A stretch of DNA of 64,000 bases from Cetorhinus maximus (lineage: Eukaryota): the NCBI RefSeq assembly GCF_964194155.1, contig NC_135894.1, forward strand, positions 16,616,001-16,680,000, written 5' to 3'. Made by a program: the position numbers and the translations under genes. Shown in pieces: positions 48,891 through 60,479 of the stretch. Each line of letters opens with the position of its first letter. Position 1 is the first letter of the stretch. A model generated the notes under the pieces. That model saw nothing but the letters and a program-made list of their open reading frames with translations, was not told where the DNA came from and ran no database searches.

Positions 48891-49229
48891 TCCCAAAATT
48901 AAACTCCCGGTTCTTTGGAATTCAATCGCTCCAGATCAACACCCAATTGTTCATCTTGCTTACAAATAGTCTCATCTAGATGATTAGTGTAATGGAACAA
49001 AAAAATGCTCCATTTTAAATCTGTCTCAATCCACTGCTCTCTAATTCAGCTAAAATTAACATCAGTGACTATTCAGTACTGAAACTCATGCCTTGATTCC
49101 ATAACCTCTCACTTCAGTGCTAATGATTCGTGAAGGAACTTCCTAAAGGAAGTCAAGATAAGCAACGTAATATCATCACTCTCATCCACCTCATGGAAGG
49201 GATCCCAAAAAACTTATTCGAATCAGGCT

Positions 49230-49572
49230 GTCTTTTAGAAAACCATCTTTTGTTTCCATGTTTGTCCCATTACCAGCCCACACTGTCTTGCACCATTATC
49301 CTTTTTGCCATTTAATCATTCCTGCCTTCCACTCTATCACAGACCTATCACAACACTGCCTGTTGCTTTGCCTTCCACTTTCCCTTTTCCCTACCTCTGT
49401 ATTTGCTTAAAAGCTATCCACCTCCAACATCTTCAAGTTCTGATGAAGGATCATTGACCTGAAATGTTAACTCTTTTCCTCGCTCCACAGATGCTGCCTG
49501 ACCTGCTGAGTGTTTCCAGTAATTTGCTTCTTTTATTTCAGATTTCCAGCTTCTGCAGCATTTTGCTTATGT
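49230..49572 (+). mobile_element. Penelope-like element 3' terminus with hammerhead motif
   Basis: AGTT-CTGATGA-AGGATCATTGACCT-GAAA-TG-TT-AACT at 49436-49472, followed by ccacagatgctgcctgacctgctgagtgtttccag...tttcagatttccagc..ctgcag. Confidence 0.75.
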
Positions 49573-49900
49573 TTAACAAACCCAGGTCAGCTTTGATTTT
49601 ATTGCTGTTATTTCCACCTGTTATTCTGTAATTATTTCCTTCCTCAAATGCCAGTAACCCTGTGCTAGAAAATGTCTTTTAAGTGACTTAGAATTCTTCT
49701 CACCTTTTTAAAAATGGTAAAACTGGCAGTGTGATTCCAGGCTGCCTCTTCGCACTATTCACTCAACATATAGCATCGCAGAATTGTACACAATGATAAA
49801 ACTTTGACTTTTTCAGATCTGACCCAAGAGGTCAGTTTGCTCAAGCCTAATCTGGTCAGTTTTCTACACCAGCCCACGCCAGATTCAGAACCTCACTTAC

Positions 49901-49977
49901 CCCCTCTCTTCGGCTTGCTATTTCAGCTTTAATCTGGTCAGGATTGTACTTTGTATTGGAGGATGAACCCGAATACA
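49901..49977 (-). CDS. WWC3: WWC3 coding exon (77 nt)
   Basis: (L)YSGSSSNTKYNPDQIKAEIASRREG. Acceptor TTTTTGTTTTTACAG|, donor |GTAAGT. Phase 1 to 0, in frame with the previous exon. Confidence 0.92.
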
Positions 49978-50499
49978 CTGTAAAAACAAAAATCAGGAAT
50001 ATGTAATCAGTGAACAGAAAAAGTTCCCAGCTCCAGGAAAAGATAAACAATCAAACTATTAGATTACAAAGCAGCAATGGGAGGGGGAACCACGCAGTTG
50101 TGGCTGACTGCGTGGGCGGGGCGAGAAGGGTTGGGTCCAACTTGAGATTTGACCGACTGGACAGGAAGGGGACTAAGGAATACTGACGTATCTAATGTGC
50201 AGGCCCAGCCTGGAGGCCAAAGGCGGGGAGTGAACTGGAGGCAGTCCTCCAAGGCCACATTGGCTGACCTCAAAACGATTAAGGAAGGGATAATGACCCA
50301 GCTCGTCCACTCATTGGCTTGATCATTGGAAATCAGCACAAAGACTTACAATACAAAACATTCTTAAAGCACAGAACACTGAAATGTTGTTCAAGGTTGT
50401 TAGATCCCTGAAATAAATAGGAAATATTACCTACATGTTTTTAAAAATTTAGCAACAAGTTAAATTAAGCCATAGACTTTTGGACAATTGAGAAACTCG

Positions 50500-50790
50500 G
50501 GTTTCAGTAAAAAAAAACATGAAGCTGTTGGATTGTTGTAAAAACCCAATGTGTTCATGAACGTGCTTTGGGGAAGGAAAGTCGTCCTTACTCAGTCTAG
50601 CTTATACATGACTCCAGCCCAATACTAATGAATTTGAACCTTAACTGCTCAAGCAGTATCAAACCATTACAAATATTTCTAACAGAGATTTTGTAGAGCC
50701 TTCAAAAAGGGAGTCCCCTATCAGCCTCTCAGGACAACAAAGGCCAGCATTGCTGGAGATGCCCAAATCCCAAGAATGAATTAGAAATAG
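50500..50790 (+). mobile_element. SINE with LINE-B tail, partial
   Basis: catgaagctgttggattgttgtaaaaaccc...gtccttactcagtctagcttatacatgactccag...gcccaaatcccaagaatgaat. Confidence 0.6.
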
Positions 50791-52602
50791 GATTTCATCA
50801 GTTCAGTTCTGGTTATGCACCAGTGATAAAAGCAGTGTAGCATTTTAGTGCACTGATTCTCATGTAAATGTTAAATGGGATTAGGGGCTTCCCAACGAAA
50901 GTGAGAAAGAAATTTCTGAACAGCAGGCACATAACTCTGGGCCATTGGTAAAATCCTCAGGAGTGTCTAGCCCTCTATATTCCTTGAGAGCTAAACAAAT
51001 TAAATGTAGTCTATAAAATAGGAGCACAACCAGTCAGTCTGCACATAATAGCATCAACAAAATAGATCCGCAATAGGCAGGAATGAACCACTTGACGGAA
51101 AATAGTTTGGAAAGAAAAGTCATGTATTATAAAATGATGGGAAGATGAGATTGTGTTCAGGTAGACAGCTTCTTTCAACTAAATAGAGAGGGCTGGGGTG
51201 ATGGGGGAAGAAGGGGTGTGTCACAATCTCAAAGTAATGTAAAGGACTAAACAAGGTGAATGTTTGGAGGTGGCTCTTTTCCGAGTGAATAATGGAGCTG
51301 TAGAAAAGGCTGCTGGCTCATGTGGCAATTTGCTGATTTCTTCAAACGAGATGAGAAGTGGTTTCTGGTTGGTGGGAAGGTCAGGGTAGTACCTCATGAC
51401 ATTAAATCAGGGTCAGAGTGGTCTATTAGAACAGATTTGATTACTGAAGGAATCTGTCAGGTTTCTCACCCACCAGTTGGCCAGGGTGCCTCTGTTTTTT
51501 GTTCCTCCCAGGTGATTAGATAGCACCAGGTGGGGCGGGGTGTGTCTGTAGTATGATGCACAAAGTATCGTGGTGCTGTGGGACAGGCTGGGTGGATGAT
51601 ATAGTCTTTTTCTGTCCAGCATTGTTTGCATCTCCACTGCCTTCTCCTTCTGACTCATTGCCAAAGTAGTGTGTGTGGTATAGGATGGAAGGGGGGGGAA
51701 AAACAGCTTAAAAACGAAGAGACTGTGATGGTTCTATACGCCGCACCTTCAAACCATAGTTTTTCCAGCTGATGTGGCAAAACTAGGGCAACAGATCCAA
51801 GTCAGATTCCGTCTGAAGCCGGGGTGGGGGGAGAAAGAGAGAGAGAGAAATTGGCAAAATGGCCCACAAGTGTAAAATAGATTCTTTGAACCAAACTCCT
51901 CCCAAATTTAAAATCAAAGCCACTGTGTGCTGCTCGTGCTGGTCTCCCAACACCTCCACATTCCTGGTGAATTAAACGACTAGTATGGGGACCTTCCTAA
52001 GTAGAAGCAACAGCCAGGTGGTTGTGCAGGACAGCCTCAATGTTGGCTTTAGCAATTACAGTACGCAAATGGGTTACCTGATGGAAAATTCTTTAGAAAC
52101 AAAGGCCTTGTGTTATTGGCATCAAAATGACTACATTGTTACCTTATTAGTGCTAATCTGAACTTGCTCAACTGAGGTCATGTTTCTGTTTATGTACCAA
52201 ACCTCAACGTTCCAGCCAGCTGCTGGCTGCATCTGGGATGAGTAATTCCAATTCCTCGTAGCTCCCCAGAGTGAAATAATAAGTTAAGGAATACCAACAG
52301 ATAAGAGTGTGTGGTTGGGAGGGTGGGGAGGTGGGGAAAAAGAGGGAGTATACCAATTTTCCAACCTGCAATCTATTAATTAAATCTCAAACTCCGAAGC
52401 ACTGGCTGTTGTGAATTTACGTTTAGGCCGTGCTACACAGGGCAGACGATTTGTCTTAAAGTTTGAACAAATTGCATCGGCTTTGGATTTTGATCACATT
52501 TGAAATCGATTCGGCTTAGCGCAAAAATAAAATGCCAGTATGAGCTACAGGTGCCCACTGACCACCTGCTCGAGTCCGAAGGAACTTCACGTAGGTACTT
52601 AC

Positions 52603-52806
52603 AACTGACGTAAGAGATGCTGTCATTCTCGCACAGGTCATGCAGCTGCTGATATTCCTCCTGGGCAAGTGCCAAACGTTGCTTTTTCACCTGGTAGATC
52701 TCTTTCTTGGCATTAAGAGCCTCCTGGGCCACCACCAAATACTCTTTCAGCATACGTTCCTGTTCCCGTCGCCATTGCGCCCTGGGGTCTTCAATCTGGG
52801 TGACCT
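52603..52806 (-). CDS. WWC3: WWC3 (WWC/KIBRA family) coding exon: end of second WW domain and start of coiled coil
   Basis: Translates (K)[67 protein letters not shown]. Acceptor ...AATGTAG|, donor |GTAAGT. 204 nt, phase 1 to 1. Matches the recalled WWC3 motif [21 protein letters not shown] better than the WWC1 equivalent. Confidence 0.92.
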
Positions 52807-53434
52807 CTACATTAATGAGAATTTTATTAGTACAGAAATCCGGACACTGTGCTACAATTAAAGTTTCGGTACAATGCAGCTAATCATTGTGATATTTTCT
52901 CCCCTTCTTTCAAGGCTGCGTTTCACCACACAATCCTGTGAACGATCGATTAGTCAGCAGTAAGTCATTTACAAAGGGAAGCATTGATCATTTACAAAAA
53001 TTGCATACTTTTAGTCATCTCACATTTTTCAGAGATGATGAGCTTTAAAAAACACGCATACTGCTCGACTTTATTGGGAGTCACTCAAGGACAAAAGTTT
53101 CAAGAAATCAGACTGCATAAATAAATAAGTCTAGCTTCCTTGTACATTTCAGTTCTGTGATCAAACCAATCGTTGCTCACTCCTTCACCATCACTGGGTC
53201 AAAACCCTGGAACTCCCCACACAACAGCCCTGTGGCAGTACCTTCACCACATGTACAGCAATGGTTTACTTTCTTGAGGACAGTTAGGGATGGGCAATAA
53301 ATGCAAGCCTAATGTAATGGCTCAAGGGGTTGAATGGCCCATTCCTGTTCCTAGGTTCCTAAATGCCACCAACGAGCAAGAAAGTTATACTTCAACGAAT
53401 AGCAAACTCACAATCAACCACCTTGGTGAAAAAT

Positions 53435-53570
53435 TTAATAAAAACAGAAAGTGCTGGAAAATCTCAGCCAGTCTGGAAGTGTGAACTTGAACCGTTATCT
53501 CTATTTCTCTCTCCACAGATGCTGTCAGACATAGAGCTTTTCCAGCATTTTCTGTTTTTGTTTCATTTTA
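53435..53570. mobile_element. Mini fold-back PLE terminus
   Basis: aaaacagaaagtgctggaaaatctcagc at the left is inverted relative to gagcttttccagcattttctgtttt at the right. It contains ctctccacagatgctg. Confidence 0.65.
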
Positions 53571-54339
53571 GTAAAAATGATCCCAGTTGCTTTGTATTTT
53601 CCTCAATGTGTTGATTGGGACGTTATTGCATAGTTCCAGGTATAGGTCAAGTACAGTGATTTGACTTGTGTACATTTAATACACTGCAATACCTGGCCCA
53701 CTGCTGTCATGGATTCTAGCAAGCACTGAACGTTTTGTTAACGAATCTACATATAACAAGTTTAATTAGCTTTGTTAACATCTTCTCTTCCATCACAAAA
53801 ATGTTTAATAGAAAACTCATAAGTGATTTCAAAGGTCAGTGTAGCAATAGAAGGGCATGAAAGCAACAAAAGAGCTTGGAAAGAATCAAGATGAAAAGAC
53901 CTCAGATTGTTTGCATGTTAATTCTATGAATTGGTTTGTGGTCGTACAACCCATTAGCTCCTCTGGATGCCTGCAGTGTGCAGTACTGAGAGACAGCTAC
54001 ACTGTTGGTGGTAAGCAGATTTAGAAGAATTTACTATACATGTTCTAACTTTTTTTCTTCCTGATATTAAGTCTTCATTCCGTCAATACTTTGGTCAGTC
54101 CCTCAAGTTCTCTGTCCTACATTCAACCCCAACAGTAAGTCCGCTTTCCATACTAAAGGGCCCATCTCAACCTCTTACCCTCAAGTGGGTTCTTAAGGGC
54201 TTTCCCTTCAAACCCTCTCCTCAAAGAGTTGCACTCTTTCTGCCTTGACCTCCCTCAAGAGCTAGTCTGTGCTTCTCCCTTTCACCCCATGCTCACCACC
54301 ACCCACCCTAATTACCCCCCACCCCACCCTACCCCTGGA

Positions 54340-54575
54340 GAAACTTCTTTATGCAGGAAGTGGTTAAAAATGTGGAACTTGCTACCACATAGAAAGGTTG
54401 AGGCGAATAAAATAGATACATTTAAGGAAAATCTAAATAAGTACATGAGGGAGTAAGGAATAGAAGAATATGTTGATGGGGTTATATGAAGTAAAGTAGG
54501 AGCAGGCTCATGTCGAGCATAAACACCAGCGTAGGCCTGCTGCCTATTACCCTTTTGGTGCTGTAAATTCTATGC
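54340..54575 (+). mobile_element. CR1 3' end
   Basis: MWNLLPHRKVEANKIDTFKENLNKYMRE followed by a 3' UTR. Confidence 0.75.
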
Positions 54576-55817
54576 ACCAATCCACATACATTGGCTTTCA
54601 TTCCAGCATAGTTAATAGTCTGGGAATTCTAGACTTTTACACGAGATGCATTCCTATCCACGTGCTCTACATTTTGTTACGTCAACTAATAAATGTGGCA
54701 AGTCAGTTGGCAAGATGAAGTATGGAGGAGGAGGTGGTGGAGGGGTGTGGAAAGTCACAGTGTAAGCCCAGGATGTTCAACCATCCAGCAAGGCACATTG
54801 TGCTGTTGGTAGGGTGGAGAGGGAGGAGAGTTACGCGAGGCAAGTTCACGTCTAAGCAAGAGGTTCTCAGTCAATATTTTCAAGGGTATATCATGAGCGT
54901 GAAAGAAACTACCATTGCACCTGACTGAGAACTTTTGCCTGGTGGAATGTGTTTGAAGAGGCGTGTTTTGTTCTGCACAATTGGCAAACACCAGAAGTGG
55001 AGAAGAGTCAACAGACCAGACACAGTAATAGTATTAAAATTTTCTTCCCCCTAATGGTGTTTTTCCCCTCATTTTATTTAACAACTAACAGTAATCAAAA
55101 GACTTGCTCTCATTTACAAAGTATAAAAGTTAACTTTAAACGTGGCACAATGGAGGATATATTTCACAAGGAGTTTATAAAGAGCTTGCACAAGACACTC
55201 TGGTCTTGTGCTACGCATTACAGTCCACACTGAACCTTGAAGGGACTGGAAAGAAAGCCCACTTGTGCTTTCGCATTAAAGAGCCCAATGGACTCTATTC
55301 TGAATGCAGCACACTCTAGTCTTAGCCTGACTAACAAAGCACAGTGCAATGGCATACCATTGACATTCTTGTTGGAACTCAAGTTAAGAGCCACAGTTTG
55401 TTCAAACTTGATTTGCTGATACAGAAGACAACTTTTCTTTTGCTTGGTAACAGCAGGCAAAATGTACTGGGATGAAAAGGAAGGTTTTATTCTTCCCATG
55501 ATTGGGATGAGTTCCCAGTCATGAAATCATTTTCTAACTTAAAAATGTCCAGCTCTCGTCACTGAAACAGAAAAGGTACAAGGCACAGAGGCGGACTTAA
55601 TGAATGACTTTGAAATAGCAGTCTCTGATGTTAAAAAGAACCTAGTCGCATCAGTACACTGTATTCAATATCTCTGGTCTTCACAGAAAAGTACATTACA
55701 GCAAATAGTCTGATCTCTAATACTGAAAGAGCAGATGTGATAGAGATGTTCCAAATAACTATGCTCCTCTCCACAGATGCAGACCTGCTGAGTTTTTCCA
55801 GGTATTTTTGTTTTTAT

Positions 55818-56938
55818 TATGGTCTCACTAAGGCCCTGTACAGCTGCAGTAAGACATCCTTGTTCCTGTATTCAAGTCTTCTTGCAATGAAGGCCAACAT
55901 ACCATTTACCTTCTTAACCACTTGCTGCACCTGCATGCTTGCTTTCAATGATTGGTGTGTAAGGACACCCAGGTCCCTTTCTACATCAACATTTCCCAAT
56001 CTATCACCATTTAAATAATACTCTGCCATTCTGTTTTTCCTACCAAAATGAATAACTTCACACTTCTCCACATAATACTGCATCTACCATGTATTTGCCC
56101 ACTCACCCAACCTGTTACATCACCATAAAGCCTCTTAACACTCTCCTCAACACTTAAATTCCCACCTAGTTTTGTGTCATCAGCAAACTTAGAAATATTA
56201 CATTTGGTTCCCTCATCCAAATCATTGATATATATTGTGAATAGTTGGGGCCCAAGCACTGATCCCTGCGGCACCCCACGAGACACTGCCTGCCAGTCTG
56301 AAAAAGACCAATTTATTCCTATTCTGTTTCCTGTCTGCTAACCAGCTCTCAATCCACGCCAATATATTACCCCCAATCCCACGTGCTTTAATTTTACACA
56401 CTAACCTCTTATGTGGGACTTTACCAAAAGCTTTCTGAAAATCCAAATACACCACATCCACTGGTTCTCCCTTATCTATTCTATTAGTTACATCCTCAAA
56501 AAACTCCAGTAGGTTTGTCAAACATGATTTCCCTTTCATAAATCCATGCTGGCTTTGTCTAATCCCGTTAATATTTTCTAGTTGTCCCGTTATCACATTG
56601 TTTATAATAGACTCTAGCATTTTCCCTACTACTGATGTTAGGCTAACCAGTCTGTAATCCCGTGTTTTATCCCTCCCTCCTTTTCAAAATAGTGGGGTTA
56701 CATTTGCCACCCTCTAATCTGCCGGGACTATTCCAGATCCTACAGAATTTTGGAAGATGACAACCAACACATCCACTATTTCCATGGCCACCTCCTTTAG
56801 TACCCTGGGATGTCGACTATCGGGCCCTGGGGATTTATTGACTTTTAGCCTCATTAATTTCTCCAGCACTATTGTTTTAGCAATACTAATTTCCTTCAAT
56901 TTATCCTTCTCTCGCGGCCCTTGGTTCCCTAGTATTTC
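55818..56938 (-). mobile_element. CR1 ORF2 RT segment (relatively young)
   Basis: KSPGPD..HPRVLKEVA, SQHGFMKGKSCLTNLLEFFE, VYLDFQKAF, GVPQGSVLGPQLFTIYINDLD, KFADDTKL, LYRALVRP. Few frameshifts. It abuts a PLE tail at 55762-55817. Confidence 0.9.
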
Positions 56939-56939
56939 T

Positions 56940-57230
56940 TAAACCTTAAAATTAGAGCCGAGCCAATTCGGGGGTGAGATCAGGAAGCACTTCTTCACAC
57001 AAAGGGTAGTGGAAATCTGAAACTCTTTCACTCATAAAGCTGCTGAGGTTGGGGGGTTGACTGAAAATTTCAAAACTGAGATTGATAGAATTTTGTTAGT
57101 TAAGGGAATTGACAGTTATGGAACCAGGGAGGGTAGATGGAATTAAGATACAAATCATGATCTAATTGAATGACAGAACAAGGCTGAAGGGCAGAATGGC
57201 CTACTCCTGTTCCTACATTCATATGTTCCC
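56940..57230 (+). mobile_element. CR1 3' end
   Basis: aaaccttaaaattagagcc...caggaagcacttcttcacacaaagggtagtggaaatct...gaatggcctactcctgttcct. Confidence 0.8.
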
Positions 57231-57479
57231 ATTATCTGGTCACTAAAACACAATGATGATGTTTGAGGAGCCAGGCAGCAGGGAGCCACAACAATGATCC
57301 CCAACGTCAGAGGATTCAGTTAAGGGGTGGGAACTGGGGGAGGAACTGGAGATTCCTGCACTTTGTGGCATTGAAAGGGAACCTTGTAAGAGGCACCCAA
57401 GATAACAACTGGTATATAAAAAATAAATCTCAACCACTTCAAATTAAACTCCACGGCAGGGCAAGAGTGCAGATTTAAA

Positions 57480-57710
57480 CAAGGACTGATTTGGGACAAA
57501 TGTCATCAAGTTCTTCAGTTGCCTGAACGAATAAGCGGAGACCATGAGTACAAAATCCCATTATGTCCGTTTGAGAATTAAATTCAGTTTCAAAAATCTA
57601 GAATTGAAAAGCTGGTATCAGAAAAGGGAACAAGAAGCTATCTGATTTTCGTTAAAAACCCAACTGGTTCACTAATGTCCTTTAGGGAAGGAAACCTGCC
57701 ATCCTCACCC
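57480..57710 (+). mobile_element. 5' half of SINE with LINE-B tail, cut by the Harbinger insertion
   Basis: aaaaacccaactggttcactaatgtcctttagggaaggaaacctgccatcctcaccc ends abruptly at the Harbinger TIR. Confidence 0.65.
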
Positions 57711-58975
57711 AGGCCGGGATTTTCCACCCACTACGCAGCGGGCGTGGTCGGTGGCGAGATCACGAGATGTCCCTAGTCACGTTTCCTGACAACGTAAATC
57801 CAGGACACAATTGTCCACTCCCCCCACTGTCAATGGCAGGTCAGGTTTCCTGCCATCGAACATTGGAAGCTTAATTGAAATGAATTTGCATCTAATTACT
57901 GTGGCCACACAACGGAATCATCCCCCCCGCCAACATCAAATTTAAATCCCACAACGGCGTGATTTACAACTGCCTCTAAAAAGGCCTGATCCTGGCAACC
58001 TCAACTACGAGGGGAACTCGGAGGCGAGTGCACAGAACATGGCGCGTGATTCCAGTGGCTCCGCACATTCAGGGGGGAGGTCACAGGCAAGTCTCCGCAG
58101 CGGCTTCTTCATGACTGGCTTATGATGCTGGGTCAAGGGCGAAAGTACAAAGGGAGAAGGGTGAGAGGGTACCTCGAAGCAAGGGCAACAATGCAAAGAG
58201 GGAAAGGGGAGAAGGCAACCACAGGGCAAGGGCGACAATGTGGGAGGGGGTCATGGCAGCACTGACTGAAGTTTGAGCACAAACACATGTGGGGACGTGG
58301 GGAGCCTGGGGGGTGGGGGGAGGGAGGAAACGGCCAGGCTAATGGCAAAACATCTCAAAGATGAGCACTCCACCACAGCTGACAGCATTTCGCTTGAGCT
58401 GAATTGGCATGGAGTGAGTCTGGTTACACAATTGTGCCCACTGAAGCAACACTAATTCCTGACAGTGCCAATGATTGCTCTTCTACTGTTAACCCCTCAC
58501 GCACACACTTCAAACTCGAATGAGTGCTATGGTGCTGCAGATCCATTGGGTGACTGGGGAAGCTTGAGGGTCCTCTTAGGAAAGGTGACCATGGAACACC
58601 GACAGAGGAGTTTGCTCCTAGTCCCTTGCATTATGTTTCAGTTAACACTGAAAAGTCACCCTCATGATACAAGCAAACCGCGAAGCTTTGGAGTCCAGGT
58701 TAGGAAAATGCCTGCACCTGAGATGAGAGTTCAGGATGCAGTCGAGTGGCTGAAGCTGCCACCACTCAGTCATGTGGTGTGGGGCAGTGCTGGGTGTGGG
58801 CATGGTGAGCCATCATACACACTAAACACTGGGCATCCATGTGGTGGCCTGGGCTCTCTGGCATGCATTAAGGAGCCTTGAGAGGCAGCCACAGGCCATG
58901 ACTTGATCAAGAGTAGTCCTTGAGAAAATTGCATCTCTGTCTCTTTGATACTGCAGTGAGGAGACCCTCAGGAAC

Positions 58976-60133
58976 ATGGCAGTCTGGTGATCTCGCTGTC
59001 TGCTTCATTGTCTTCTCTCCTGCCTATAAGCAGAGAAGAATGCGACGGAGGCGCCTGGCTCATCAAAGGGAGGAGCAGAACCTTGAAGGCCAAGGGGCAG
59101 CACAGCCTCCTCCACATGCAGAGGATGAGCCCTACAGAGCCGTCATTCGTAGGCGCATTGCTAGACCAGGGTCTATAGATGGCATGTGTGCACCAGCAGA
59201 TGAGCATGAACCACTGTCAACGATGCCTATGCATATCAAAGGAACAGGTCACGCACATATGCCACCTTCTGCAGGGCGTGGCACCTCGGGAACTCAGGGG
59301 GCTTTCACTGCCAGTGGTAGTTAAAGTTACTGCCGCATTCAATTTCTCAGGAAGTGGGTCCTTCTAGGGCACCACTGGGGACCTTTGCGGGATCTCACAA
59401 GCCTCCACCCACAAATGTATCCAGGAGGTCACAGACACCCTTTTTGCCGAGGTGCACAATTATGTCAATTTCGACAGAGATCAGACAAGTCAGGATACAA
59501 GAGTGCTGGGCTTTGTTCAGGTTTCCAGATTCCCACAGGTGCAGGGTGCCATCGACTGCACCCACATAGCTCTTAAATCTCCGTGGCAACAAGCAGTCCA
59601 GTATGTGAACTGCAAAGGCTCTCAATGTTCAGCTGATCTGCAACCATAACAAGCATGTGCAAGACACCCCGGAATTGTCCACGACTCATACACCCTCAGG
59701 CCTCGGGGACAAGGCTACCCACAACGGATGTGGTTGATGACGTTCTTGTGGCAGCCTCAGACTCCCGGTGAGAGAAAGTACAATGCGGCTCATACCACAA
59801 CCCGGAATTTGGTTGAGCACACCATCCTAAAACTGAGGTTCCGATGCCTGGACAGATCTAGTGGAGCACTCCAGTACATTCTCCAAATGCATCATAGTGG
59901 CTTACTGCACACTACACAACCTGGCGATGCAAAGGGGGGAGGATCTGGATGATGAGGAGATGCAAGAGCTGCATGTCTCCTCCAATGAGGAGGACGTCGA
60001 AGGGGATGAGGGTGATGAGGTTCTGGAAGGCGAGGGTGCGGGTGATGAGGCTATTGCACTAGCCAGACAAGGCAGGCATAACCGTGAGGCCCTCACTGCT
60101 GCAAGATTCCAGGAGGATGATGACAAGATGTAG
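58976..60133 (+). pseudogene. Harbinger (HARBI1-like) DDE transposase pseudogene
   Basis: LPVVVKVTAAFNFSGSGSF*GTTGDLCGISQ, FPQVQGAIDCTHIAL, GDKATH-like remnant, YNAAHTTTRNLVEHTI.LK.RFRCLD.SSGALQY, IIVAYCTLHNLA and an acidic tail. Stops and frameshifts are present. Confidence 0.88.
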
Positions 60134-60479
60134 TGAGGACACTCCTGAGGATCTTCACATTGCATCTGGGAATGGCTGACACCTGTCTAGCTGGGGGCAG
60201 TACACATACACTCTGTGAAGAGGCTGATATCATGGAGACACTGCTGACAAACAGTGTAAGACAATTTGATCCTTCGTCAGGCTTCATCACCTGTCCCTTC
60301 AGCACCATACCTTCACCTGTCAGGAATGGTGCTGAGATGGGAGGGCAGCCCCACCTCAAAAGGTGCTGAGAGCAGAACCCAGTTACGTTTTGGTACAAGA
60401 TCGACACGAACAGTGCTCAACATAACAATGCAGCATAGACAAGGAGACATTCTAGGGAGTGTATTTACAATGGTCAACA

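Noticed and set aside
51413-51664. 83-aa minus-strand ORF as an alternative WWC3 exon
   Set aside because: No recognisable homology and no convincing in-frame splice sites. The flanking exons already join in phase.
55818-57230. Single CR1 with a twin-priming 5' inversion
   Set aside because: The two pieces are not contiguous in CR1 coordinates (a gap of a few hundred nt), look different in age or subfamily, and show no TSD. They are probably independent insertions.
58976-60133. Domesticated HARBI1 gene
   Set aside because: It has an in-frame stop, frameshifts and internal deletions, and lies within a TIR-bounded element with its Myb partner.
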